A DNA stretch of 63,977 bases, the filler included, from Ionaspis alba (Eukaryota), in the NCBI GenBank assembly GCA_964255285.1. It is 3 parts of 3 records of this genome, joined end to end, with 100 filler letters (N's around TTAATTAATTAA, not from the genome) between each part and the next. Parts side by side here need not be neighbours in the genome. Positions count along the whole stretch, not along the records: positions 47,048 to 63,977 come from CAXUUL010000331.1; 2 more parts are not named here. The stretch is one strand, 5' to 3'. The notes below the pieces were generated by a model. That model saw only the letters and a list, made by a program, of their open reading frames with translations, was not told the DNA's origin and did no database searches. Within the stretch, counting starts at the first letter, position 1. Every line of letters begins with the position of its first letter. Of this stretch, positions 63,745-63,977 are shown in pieces. A program made the translations under genes and the position numbers.

Positions 63745-63977
63745 GAAATGGGGCTGCTAAAGAGGAGGATTGGATGCGGGAGAGGGAAGGGTTGATGAGT
63801 TCATTGGAATCGGGGTCTGACTTGGTATATAATGTAGGATTCCCCAGTTCGCAAGAGTCCATACTTGGTTAGGATGTCGTAATTCTGTAGTTGATGAATT
63901 GATTAAACAATATCTGATTTCAGTCGAGGACTTGTGGAGACTGTAGATACTACATGCCATTTTTCTCATTACGAGTT

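Overview
Eukaryotic DNA from a filamentous ascomycete (Pezizomycotina; a lichen-forming lineage is possible but not provable here), gene-dense and intron-rich. The window is three scaffolds joined by artificial N44-TTAATTAATTAA-N44 linkers (1-23455, 23556-46947, 47048-63977), with three more 100-N gaps flanked by 55-nt duplicated overlaps. About 22 protein genes were reconstructed by hand. Most are conserved housekeeping genes: SNX3, Tay1-like double Myb, SLU7, divergent RPS9/RPL21, REV3, NVJ2, SLA2, CDC45, LAP3, kinesin-1, RAD6, ERG10-type thiolase, a VHS-GAT protein, a UBX protein and PAN3. The rest are accessory or orphan genes: CorA-like, two membrane orphans, lectin-like, F-box-like and a divergent NMP kinase. 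There is also one decayed pseudogene and a 539-bp MITE. The most notable observations are (1) a 633-nt fully open, in-frame optional segment inside a long PAN3 intron encoding two extra PAM2-like motifs; (2) five GC-AG introns among about 64 reconstructed introns; (3) a MITE with 43-bp TIRs in the Tay1/SLU7 divergent promoter; (4) a 3'-UTR intron in RAD6. No tRNA, rRNA or CRISPR was seen, and no wholly new multi-gene system can be established from the sequence alone. Family assignments rest on motif recognition, not database searches.
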